The notes under the pieces were generated by a model. It worked only from the letters and a program-made list of their open reading frames with translations, was not told the origin of the DNA and did not search any database. The translations under genes and the position numbers were made by a program. 64,000 nucleotides of DNA from Macrostomum lignano (lineage: Eukaryota). The stretch lies in NCBI GenBank assembly GCA_002269645.1, contig NIVC01000038.1, forward strand, positions 620,001-684,000, written 5' to 3'. Positions 24,179 to 35,253 of this stretch are shown piece by piece (within the stretch, counting starts at the first letter, position 1; each line of letters starts with the position of its first letter).

Positions 24179-24861
24179 TCTACTTAGCACGCTGGTGAGT
24201 GATTTCCACTAGAAGGTAAATATTTCCCTGTTGATGGGTGAGTTGCGTTTTGAATTAAATTAACTTGAAGAAAGGGGAGGCACAGGGAGGCTGAAAGAGT
24301 GGAGGGTGGCTTCACTGCTTTAATGTTTGCAACGAATTTCAAATCATGAAATTTGATGAATCTTACTGATGCTCCATGCTGTCAGAGCGGCAGGTGTTTC
24401 AAAGGTTTGTGCAGCCAGTTGCCAGAAAGATTTTACCGCCTCATCTATCAGCTGCCCTCCCTTTTGCAGCCTCTGGCGAGGCCAACCACCCCAGCCGTAG
24501 CAACCGAAACTTCTCTCCTGAGCATGAGCGCTGAGTCCGTCGCCTTCGCCTCTGTGCACCCAGCATGGCAACGGAGAGGTAGTGACTGCAGCGGCCACCC
24601 CAAGCTGTACTTGATGAGGCTGAGCTGACCCATTGTGCCTCAGTGCAGTCTGAGATCTTCAAAATATATAAAATGCTGCTCAGTCCCTCACCTGTACTCG
24701 CAGCTCTAGCCAGTTGGTTGGCGAGCAGCTCGGCTCTCTGTCCCTCTCTCTCTGTCTCACCCTCACTGCCGACCCGCCACTCCTTCCAGTGCGAATTGAG
24801 ATAAAGGACTCAGGTGCGCTGCTAGCGCCTCCACGTTGATGCCGTCAAGATGGCACCCGTC

Positions 24862-25086
24862 AGTGTTCAGGTCCCAGCCCAGAGTGACAGATCACAGTGC
24901 TCAGGTCCCAGCACAGAGTGACAGATCACAGTGCTCAGGTCCCAGTCCAGAGTGACAGATCACAGTGCTCAGGTCCCAGCCCAGAGTGACAGATCACAGT
25001 GCTCGGGTCCCAGTCCAGAGTGACAGATCACAGTGCTCAGGTCCCAGTCCAGAGTGACAGATCACAGTGCTCAAGTCCCAGCACAG
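24862..25086. repeat. 34-bp tandem repeat, about 6.5 copies
   Basis: GTGCTCAGGTCCCAGTCCAGAGTGACAGATCACA units. Confidence 0.95.
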
Positions 25087-25360
25087 AGCTAATCTCTCTA
25101 GAGAATCCCAGCCAATCCAAACCTCTCTTTCAGAGCAGAAACTCGTCACTGAGGAAGCGGCCAAAATTGTCCAGCAAGTAGCGGTCCATGCCGATGAGGC
25201 CATGGGATCTGAGTTGGCTGCTCACACTGTGGCTCAGTGCGGCCATCGAGTGCCTTGAAGACCGCTGGATCCGGGGCGAGTGCCGAAACATCAGCGTGCG
25301 CATCAGCCTTCTCTGGTCCTCGAAGCCCCAGTCTGTGATGGCGGAGGGCGAAGGAAAAAG

Positions 25361-26470
25361 TTATAAATTGGTCACTCTTGAAATTATCAATTGGTCACTC
25401 TCAAAATTATCAATTAGTCACTCTCAAAGTTATCAATTGGTCACTCTTAAAACGATCAATTGGTCACTCATGAAATTATCAATTGGTCACTCATGAAATT
25501 ATCAATTGGTCACTCTTGATATTATCAATTGGTCACTCTTGATATTATCAATTGGTCACTCTTGATATTATCAATTGGTCACTCATGAAATTATCAATTG
25601 GTCACTCTTGATATTATCAATTGGTCACTCTTGATATTATCAATTGGTCACTCTTGAAATTATCAATTGGTCACTCTTGATATTATCAATTGGTCACTCT
25701 TGAAATTATCAATTGGTCACTCTTGAAATTATCAATTGGTCACTCTTGAAATTATCAATTGGTCACTCTTGAAATTATCAATTGGTCACTCTTGAAATTA
25801 TCAATTGGTCACTCTTGAAATTATCAATTGGTCACTCTTGAAATTATCAATTGGTCACTCTTGAAATCATCCATTGGTCACTCTTGATATTATCAATTGG
25901 TCACTCTTGATATTGTTGTGAGCCCCGTCCTCCGGAGCAACGCCTACAGCTTTAACCTGTCGGGAAGCTGCGACCCCCAGGTCCCCAGTCAGAGCTCCCG
26001 TCCCGCGCCCTAGGGAGAAGCAGAAAAAGGAAAGTAACTCGCGAACACGAACTTACACACCGTAGCCGATGCAGTTCGCCGTGCACTTTTTATGGTAGAT
26101 CGACGAGTCGTTAATAGCCAACGGAGGCGGACCAACGCGCGCAAGGGAGGAGTCTGCCCTCCAGACAGCGACTATATATTTTTCATTGGTCCTACGCGTA
26201 CATGAATATAACTTAAGAACAAATGTACGGTACAGCAGGGGAGGTGGGGCGGGGTGGCGTGATCGGCGTACGCATTGATTATTGATTGGAGGGGTGGGGC
26301 AGACTGGAGGGTTGGGGCGGGGCAGGAGGGCGAGAAAGGGCACGATTGCACAACAATATTATCAATTGGTCACTCTTGATATTATCAATTGGTCACTCTT
26401 GATATTATCAATTGGTCACTCTTGATATTATCAATTGGTCACTCTTGAAACTACCAATTGGTACTCTTGA
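25361..26470. repeat. 23-bp satellite (GAAATTATCAATTGGTCACTCTT) interrupted by a solo LTR
   Basis: About 24 copies left of the insertion and about 5 to the right. Confidence 0.95.
25914..26355. mobile_element. Solo LTR, 442 bp
   Basis: Inverted termini TGTTGTG...CACAACA with 4-bp TSD ATAT (25910-25913, 26356-26359). Confidence 0.85.
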
Positions 26471-27162
26471 AATAATCGATTGGTTACTTTTGGTGACCTG
26501 TGCACAAGTTTATGTGGGTTAGGCTTCTCATGTTGTGAGCAGAGCGGTTGCTATGGGCTCGAATGAGGGTCTGACATCCTGACAGCCGCCTTCCAGACGA
26601 ACTGCATTTGATTTTATTGTCCTGCGCCTGCGGTCCTGTGTGTCTGTCCATAATCTGCTACCTTCAAGATGTGTTGCATACTGAAATTATATTGTGAATT
26701 CTGTGGTTTCAAACTAAGTCCTCGGATTCTTGAGTAGGCGCACCTGTCACTTGGCGGGCCTCCCTGTCTCTTGGTTGGCGTCCCTGTCTCTTGGTTGCTG
26801 CAGAAAACAGTTTGGCATCCAGCAGCCATTTTTTACCATTCGTTGTCAGAGTAAACTTCGTGGAGTTCCCAAAATCAGCTTCTTTTTCAGCTGGTCAATC
26901 CAGTCTGCCCCAGTTCGGAGCAGCTTCTCACTTCTCCTGTGCGGGACAATGGGCGATGCACGCACAGCCGCACTTCCGGTTCAATAGAAATTCTGGTTGC
27001 TAAGGGGAGCTGGATGTCACACCCCCAGACCCGCAGCAGCCGATGCCAACGATACTGCTGTTAACTGCTTGATTTAAAGGCTAAAAATGTTTATCTGACA
27101 GCTGGATTGACAGATCGCATGCTTTGATTTATGGCAAACATTCTTTTCATTGCATTGGCAAA

Positions 27163-27411
27163 ATGACAGCAGCTTCAACTGAAGCGCACATAGCTGATTG
27201 CCCGCAGACGAAGACCTATGCTCTGCTGACGCATCTCAATGTGCCTTTCTTGACTGCCTACGGGGCCGCCGATGCGCTGAGCTCCGTACTCAACTCGTTC
27301 ATCTTGGCGGCTGCTTGCAAAGGCGGCATCACGAAGAGGTCCAGCTTCCGCAGACTGCTCAGCATTGTGGCGGTGCTGAATTGCAGCCTAAGTAGCCTGC
27401 TGATTGCTCAG
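27163..27411 (+). CDS. Orphan first exon of a possible class A GPCR-like membrane protein (N-terminus, TM1, part of TM2)
   Basis: ATG 27163 to donor CAG|GTGAGT, 83 codons. FLTAYGAADALSSVLNSFILAAAC-KGGITKRSSF-RRLLSIVAVLNCSL has a TM1/ICL1/TM2-like pattern. No downstream exons were found. Confidence 0.4.
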
Positions 27412-28208
27412 GTGAGTGGTGATGCTGAACTGCAGCTTGAGTAGCCTGCTGATTGCTCAGGTGAGTGGTGATGCTGAACTGCAGCTTGAGCAGCCTGCTG
27501 ATTGCTCAGGTGAGTGGTGATGCTGAACTGCAGCTTGAGTAGCCTGCTGATTGCTCAGGTGAGTGGTGATGCTGAACTGCAGCTTGAGTAGCCTGCTGAT
27601 TGCTCAGGTGAGTGGTGATGCTGAACTGCAGCTTGAGCAGCCTGCTGATTGCTCAGGTGAGTGGTGATGCTGAACTGCAGCTTGAGCAGCCTGCTGATTG
27701 CTCAGGTGAGTGGTGATGCTGAACTGCAGCTTGAGCAACCTGCTGATTGCTCAGGTGAGTGGTGATGCTGAACTGCAGCTTGAGTAGCCTGCTGATTGCT
27801 CAGGTGAGTGGTGATGCTGAACTGCAGCTTGAGCAGCCTGCTGATTGCTCAGGTGAGTGGCGATGCTGAATTGCAGCTTGAGTAGCCTGCTGATTGCTCA
27901 GGTGAGTGGTGATGCTGAACTGCAGCTTGAGCAACCTGCTGATTGCTCAGATGAGTGGTGATGCTGAACTGCAGCTTGAGCAACCTGCTGATTGCTCAGG
28001 TGAGTGGTGATGCTGAACTGCAGCTTGAGCAGCCTGCTGATTGCTCAGGTGAGTGGTGATGCTGAACTGCAGCTTGAGCAACCTGCTGATTGCTCAGGTG
28101 AGTGGTGATGCTGAACTGCAGCTTGAGCAGCCTGCTGATTGCTCAGGTGAGTGGCGACGCTGAACTGCAGCTTGAGCAACCTGCTGATTGCTCAGGTGAG
28201 TGGTGATG
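27370..28208 (+). repeat. 49-bp tandem repeat made of an exon 3' end plus its splice donor
   Basis: Unit GTGAGTGGTGATGCTGAACTGCAGCTTGAGTAGCCTGCTGATTGCTCAG, about 16 copies plus the original junction. Confidence 0.97.
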
Positions 28209-28399
28209 CGCTAGACTGCAATCATAACTATACGAATACAATACTTAACAGGTTCCTCCTAATTCTTTGCACTTTCATGATCATAGCTGGGCCGATTTCT
28301 ACGAGCGTATTAAGCTAAAATGCTTATATGAGTAGTTTAGTTAAAATGAAGACACAATGAATTAAACACGTTGAAAACCATGAGGGGCTTTAGCATGTG

Positions 28400-28570
28400 G
28401 CTATAATCTGGACCTTCGGCGACATTTTCTCGCAACCAGCTCTCTGACGTCAACTCTGTCCATTCAGCTGACTACGAGCACTAAAATATTTAGGCACGAA
28501 CTCATCAAAACGATCACACACGGTTGTGTACAGCGGCCCTGGCTTTCTACGCGTCAGAGACATGTACATG
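28400..28570 (-). repeat. Unassigned dispersed repeat, copy 1 of 6
   Basis: The reverse complement shares GGGCCGCTGTACAC..GTGTG..ATGAGTTCGTGCCT..GCTGGTTG..ATGTCGCCGAAGG with the copies at 38755, 48195 and 60080. Confidence 0.6.
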
Positions 28571-29799
28571 AACAATTAGTTTGTGTGCACACTGCAATTC
28601 CCAAATGAATCGAACCATATAAGAGTGCGTAGTTTAACGCGAAATTATAGAATTTAATTAGCTGCTCTATCTGTCCTCACTGTGCAGCCTTGAATAAATA
28701 CTGTGTACTTCGCATCATTTATATTGTCACAGTTATCCTTTAAGTAAATTTGCATTAAAACCTGTGCATTCCAGTTTTACCATATGAAAACAGGCGATTA
28801 GAAAATTAACAAGGCAAGAAAACTGTCAATAAAAAACTGATTACCTAGATTGGGAATAAATTATAGCATAGTAATGCTTCATAGCATAATAGTCTCAAGT
28901 TTTAGCCTTTGTGTACTTTAACAGCAGAAGTTGCTACTGCTGCTGTTGCTGTTCGTTTAACTTCAGCAAACAGACAGACAGACGGAAGGATCCTTGATAT
29001 AATTCCCGGGAAATGTTGGAAGAAAACTGCATGGGCCTCACAATCAGAAAGGAATTGTCTTGAGCAAATAGTATCGCAGCCCCATAGTCCGCGAGACTTG
29101 TTATTAAGCTAAGCCATAAATGGTAGCCAATGCACCTAAACGTATAATGTCTGCACTGCCCGCATTCAGTTGAGTATAGGGATACAGTGGGCAGAAGTAT
29201 ATAGCATAGCTACCTGAAATACACACGGGCAGTGCAACTCAGGGCTTATATTCGTTTCGGTAAAGACTTTATTACTTCTTACAGTAGTAGGTAATCCAAA
29301 ACCCCAGCTGTCTAAGATTATCGCTCTATTGGGCTGCGGGCAAAAAACTGCAATTTAATTATTATTCCTCGAGTTCAAACAGATAAGGAATTAGGATTGC
29401 TGTGCGCAGCTGTGGCGTGACTGCAAGTTCTTTGATCGGCTCACAGGTTCTCTCTTTCTCTCTCTTTAGCCCACGAGGTTAGAGAATTTCTTGTAAACGT
29501 AGATTTTTCGTGTCTCTTTTTCGGTTCAATGACAGTCGATTTTCATTCGGTAGTCCGTACGTGTTGCCGATTAAAAATTGACTTTCAGCAATCGATTGAG
29601 CACTTGCACTTGGCTGGATTGGAGTCGAGTACGCACTTTGATAGGGCCTTTCATTGGAGATTTCTGTGCGCACGATCGATTGCTCTTTTTACTTCTAACA
29701 GCTCATTGCGATTAGAAGAAAAAAATTAGTTTCAATATTTCGTTCAAAGTAGATGCATCGCTTCATCTCTACTTATCTATCTGGTGCTGGGGGCACTTG

Positions 29800-29925
29800 G
29801 TTTCTGCATGGTGCCTCTGGCGCCCCTGGTGCTGGCGCCCCTGGTGCTGGCGCCCCTGGTGCTGGCGCCCCTGGTGCTGGCGCCACTGGTGCTGGCGCCC
29901 CTGGTGCTGGCGCCCCTGGTGCTTG
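29800..29925. repeat. 15-bp tandem repeat GGCGCCCCTGGTGCT, about 7 copies
   Basis: Directly visible. Confidence 0.95.
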
Positions 29926-30075
29926 TCAACTTTGACATATCGCCATTCAACTGCTGACATATCGCCATTCAACTTTAAATGACAGTAGGAGTTTACACTT
30001 TCGTTTTAGAAAGTCGAGTTTCATCATTCCATTTTAAAGTTACGCATACGCTTGAAGAACCATCGAATGGCATTG

Positions 30076-30076
<1 letters not shown>

Positions 30077-30108
<32 letters not shown>
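30077..30108. repeat. (CA)n microsatellite
   Basis: About 16 CA units. Confidence 0.95.
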
Positions 30109-30111
<3 letters not shown>

Positions 30112-32409
30112 ATATATAGTCTTACAGTACAAGTGGCAACGACTATACATGTTGAAGCGATGGCGTTACAAGCTGCAGATATATTCTACGAATATAAAAA
30201 TTCTTTTATAGCACCTAAGGGAGGGACTGAGTGCACTGCATCTGCACTCTGCATGCGATGAATCAGTGCATTTCGCCTTGGCAGTATATAGCAAAAATAC
30301 AAGCATAGCAAACTGGGGGTTGTCTTTCCTCGAACCGAGGCACCACACTAAACTAGGTACTAGCTAGTGGATGCTTTTTCTGCAACAATAAAGCAGCAAT
30401 CATCTTCATCAGTCACCCCCAGCCCCAGCAACCCCTCAGCTATTATAGTTAGCTACATTAACAGCATTCGATCTTTGCACTTTGCTTCGCTTCAAGCTGA
30501 CGGCCTATTTCCAACGATGCACTCTACTCTTGGAAAATATAAATCTAAATATACTAAATAATATACTATAAAGTTTTTTTGTGATGCGATCCGTATCGCG
30601 ATATTTAGTACAAACTGGTTTAGTAATTGTTTTCTTAGTTGTAATCTGTTATGATTGAGTGCGTTGTCTCGAATTGACCCGAAACCTAAAACTAATTCAA
30701 CAAAGTGAAACTTTGAGCTTACGACTTTTCGACAACGATATGAAGAATTTTCGAGCTTGTGAATATTCGAGCTCGTGAAACTTCGGGATTGTGTCATGGG
30801 GGGGGGTCGGCTGACCCCTTGACCCCATTAAATCCGTCACTGCAGTAACTATCCACCCCACTGATTACGATCGAGTATGATCATTTGATTTGATTGATAT
30901 GTAGTGGCCGAAGCGTTCCTAAACGCTTTCGAATATTCCTAATTTGAATGGCGTATTGTATTGTACAGTACTTTTCCTTCGACAGAGTAAGGATAATATT
31001 GCGTTTTAGAAGCACAAATTCGAATTTACTTGAAAAAGAAACTCGCTGAGTGCATGCCGTCTTGTTCACGCCGTATAATAAAATTTGTGAAGGCATTCAA
31101 ACATTAAGACTCAACACTAAAAAAATTATTCTATGTAAAAATGCCGCCAAAGAAGAGTAGTTGTTATGATAAAATCAAACAAAAAGAAAATGAAAAGCAT
31201 CGAAACCACAAAACATAATAGGCAATAGCACAAAGCACAACTGAAATGGCGCGATTTCTTCTAGGTCAAAAGTGCCGCGCAGTCCGTGCAACCCCTCCCT
31301 CACTCTCTCCTCCCCCTCCGCCAGAGCGTTATGCGCAACGCGTAGTAGCGAAATCACCCCACCATAATTGCACCCACCCCAGCCCACCCCACCCCAGTGT
31401 ACATTCACTGCCTGGGGGAGAGGGGTGAATTGTTTAACAAAAGCGCCACCGCTGTCCAGGCCCAGCGCAAAGTCAATTCGCTACCCTTCCGTCCCTGCCC
31501 CTGCACCCCTCAATTTCAAGTGAGAGGGAGCAGAGGGTTCACTCCAGGCAGCCCCCTCACTTTCCAGCAAATCTTAGATAAGGCCGCCCCGCTTGTCATC
31601 CAGTCAAATGTACATTGGCTGGAATAACCGCCACCGGGGCTGGATATTTGCACAAGTTGAACGATGCACAATTTTGCTTATATAATTAAAACGACCTTGA
31701 ACTTCCAGCAGAGTAAAATAGTAAGGGAGACTCCGTTATCCTAAAATGGTCTGTCTGTCCTTTTCTACAATTTTCCCAATCTGATTCTCCCACACGGCAC
31801 ACGCCATCCATCGCACCATTCTTCCGCGTGTGTCACCGAGAAGTATTTTAAAGTGCATAGTATACTTTATTTGTATTGTGTTATGCTATTGAAAGATTCA
31901 AGCTCTAGCGATTGAAGTTAAAAACAAATAAACTAAACTTAAAGACGAAAGTACGCAAAAGCAAATGGTGTTGCTGATTTACTTGCTATAAATAGACACT
32001 TATAATACCCTAAAGAATGTAAGTGCAACGGCACTCAATTCGACTTGATGAAGTCAGCTACAACAACCAGTCGAATTTTGTGGAACTACAATCGAATTCA
32101 TTCGAGCTCGAATTTTCTCCGGGCCTCCGATTCGAGTCCGGATTTCGAGTTGCGAGGCCTATTCTTGCAGACTGTTGGCTACGACTTGATCCCGGGTTTG
32201 AGCTAGACCATCTCAGCGGCTGTGCTACAACAACAGGTAGGTGAGTTTCATTTTCTAAATTTAATAATTAAATTAACTCTAAATTAATTCTAAATTAATA
32301 ATTAATTCATGCTACGTTTGCATGTTGCAGCAATTATGAATTTGGAAGAGTACTCTTATATAGAAAATAACTACAAATATTACCAAGGGCAGATATAGCT
32401 AGGAAATCC

Positions 32410-33750
32410 TTACCGTCACCCTTTGCTCCCTCCGTCACCCTTTGTTTTGTTCCCTCCGTCACCCTCTGTCCCCTCCGTCACCCTGTCACCCTCTGTCCCC
32501 TCCGTCACCCTGTCACCCTCTGTCCCCTCCGTCACCCTGTCACCCTCTGTCCCCTCCGTCACCCTGTCACCCTCTGTCCCCTCTGTTACCCTCTGTCCCC
32601 TCCATCACCCTCTGTCCCCTCCGTCACCCTGTCCCCTCCGTCACCCTGTCACCCTTTGTCCCCTCCGTCACCCTCTGTCCCCTCCGTCACCCTTTGTCTT
32701 GTTCCCTCCGTCACCCTCTGTCCCCTCTGTCACCCTCTGTCCCCTCCGTCGCCCTTTGTCCCCCCGTCTCCCTCTGTCACCCTCTGTCCCCTCCGTCACC
32801 CTCTGTCCCCTCCGTCACCCTCTGTCCCCTCCGTTACCCTATTTCCCCTCCGCCATCCTTTGTTCTTCCCTCACCCTCTGTCCCCTCCGCTACCCTATTT
32901 CTCCTCCGTCATCCTTTGTTCTTCCCTCACCCTCTGTTCCCTCCGTCACACTCTGTCACCCTCTGTACCCGGTGTCCGGATTCAACTCCGGTTGAAACCG
33001 GAGACATGAAACGTGTTCGTCTGGTTTGTAGACAAAACTTTCAGCTTTTCTCCGGTTTTCAAATGGCAGAAATACATTACACTCCCGGATGAAAACTGGA
33101 ATTGTAGCCGGATGAATTGCCGCAGGACAAGGCCAAAATTTGCTAGGCGGGTCCCTCACCCTCTTTTCCCTCCATCACACTCTGCCCCTACTGTCACCCT
33201 CTGTCCCCTCCGTTACCCTCTGTCCCCTCCGTTACCCTCTGTCCCCTCCGTCATCCTCTGTCTTTCCCTATCGCACCTCTGTTCCCTCCCTCACTCTGTT
33301 CCCTCCGGTCACCCTAAGCCCCCTCTCTGTCCCTCCCTCAGCTTCTGTCCCCTCCGTCACCCTCTGTCCCCTCCGTCATCCTCTGTCCCCCGCTCCTGCA
33401 CCCTCTGTCCCCTCCGTTACCCTCTGTCCCCTCCGTCATCCTCTGTCCTTCCCTCTTGCACCCTCTGTCCCGTCCCCTCCGTCACCCTATGTCCCCTCCA
33501 TTGCCCTCTGTCCCCTCCGTCATCCTCTGTCTTTCCCTATCGCACCTCTGTTCCCTGCCTCACTCTGTTACCTCCGTCACCCTCTGCCCCCTCTCTGTCC
33601 CTCCCTCAGTCTCTGTCCCCTCTGTTACCATTTGTTTTGTTCTCTCCGTCACCCTCTGTCTCCTCCGTCACCCTCTGTCCCCTCCGCAACATTTTATTGT
33701 TCCCTCCTTTACCCTCTTTACTCTCTGTCCCCTCCCTCTCCCTGATTCCC
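32410..33750. repeat. Pyrimidine-rich ~19-bp satellite (CCCTCCGTCACCCTCTGTC) with a unique insert at ~32967-33152
   Basis: Directly visible degenerate units. Confidence 0.92.
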
Positions 33751-35220
33751 ATTGCCTCACATTCTGTCAAAATAAAAACTTGAAAGTTTAAGTTCGCGCA
33801 AACCTCGCAGGCACGCAACCCCTGACTGATTAAACATTTCGTTAACTGCCAGTTATTCCAATTTCCAGTGTTGTATTTATTTATTTAGAGTTTGCGCGCA
33901 CCAGGTGTCACCCTGGTTGCACAAACGATAAAGCAACACCTAAGAACATTTTAATTAAAATCCAAGTTTGACCTGCGCTATTTGCGGGCTGAGAAAGAAA
34001 AAATTCTAAGCCATGTATAAGCGCAGCGGATTAATTACTCATACCCTGTTGTTGGTGTAACAGAATATACAGAAATAATACTTGTTAGGGTGAAGCAGGT
34101 GCAAGACATGAACCCTTTCGTAGCTGTAAATAAATGTTTAAACATTTCAGCTAGCATGTTGAATAGTTTACTTGAAAGTTCGACCGTACTGCTAGTTTTT
34201 AACATTTCAAGCACCTTATTTCGTTTTTCGCTTAACAAAGCTTGTTCTACAACGTGCTCAAGTGTATTTATGGCGAAAATGTAGCTGCATTTTTCTCTTT
34301 TCATGTTGTTAGAATTCCAGTGTAAAAAATTAGTTCTTATTCTTAATCTTCTGGGTTTTTATTGATTGAAAATACAATTTGATAAAGTCAGTTAGTTACT
34401 GCTTCTCTCACTGTTATAATGCAACAATTGACAACTTCATTGAGTAGCTATAGAGATTGACAGTCGTGACAGATTCCTTATCAGTCCTGCCCTATGCCGA
34501 CCTTTCCTGCTCCTGCCTTTAATATTGATAATCTCATTTCTTCTCAGTCCAAATGTCTCTCCTTCGCATGATCTTTAAAAGTATTTTTTCATTTTTTTTC
34601 AACGTTTCCTATGTTCTCTCGCCTTCCCAAATCTGTATAAATGCTATTTTCTGTCAGCTCAAGCTGAATTTTATTTTTCAATTCCACGTGCGCACTTCTC
34701 AACTCAACTCAAAAGTCGAACTCGTTCTTGCCAGCTCGCATTTCACGTGTTTTTTTCTCGGTACAAAAATGCGATCGATTGTAGAAAAAAGAGCGCGTTA
34801 GCAATGCGCGTTTTCCAGTCGAATATTATCGAAATCTGTCTCTTGGGTAGTTCACTGAGCTGTTAATGTCTGTCTTTTTTCAAGCAGTGAGCAGTTTAGT
34901 TTACAGCCTGACAACTGTAACTCTGCCTCTGCCCCCCACCTCACTCCAAAGAACCACAGCTAGCCTGGCTGCAGTTAGCTTATAAAGCAAAATTTCTGCG
35001 ATTAAAGTAGGACCCAGATATTATCTTATCAATCCCTATACAAATAAACGCATGTGTGCAATTTAATGCCCAACATGCCGCGTCCAATCAGCAGTTTGGG
35101 GGACTCGTGCGGTTTTTCTCTTTAAGCAACAATCGGTTTGGAAAAATCTGGCCACTGACACTCTCTGCGCTTACCTATATAGTACTTTCAAGCCTTAAAC
35201 TGACCTGACTTGTCCTTGCA

Positions 35221-35222
35221 GA
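35221..35222 (+). other. Strong splice acceptor just upstream of the CD36-family ATG (5'UTR intron or trans-splice site); candidate partner donor CAG|GTAGGT at 32236/32237
   Basis: CTGACCTGACTTGTCCTTGCAG|ACAGCC: branch-like CTGAC, pyrimidine tract and AG, 32 nt before the ATG. Confidence 0.5.
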
Positions 35223-35253
35223 CAGCCAGCTGTGAGTGTGCTGTGGCCCCGCT

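Noticed and set aside
29471-29478. Possible 8-nt microexon (tctttag|CCCACGAG|gttaga)
   Set aside because: Weak donor and no partner exons to test phase.
30795-30842. MITE-like right end (…AATCCGTCACTG)
   Set aside because: No matching left TIR or TSD found.
32423-33791. Long Pro/Ser/Cys-rich ORFs
   Set aside because: They are artefacts of the 19-bp pyrimidine satellite, which lacks stop codons.
34035-34304. 89-aa minus-strand ORF
   Set aside because: No recognisable motif or convincing splice context.
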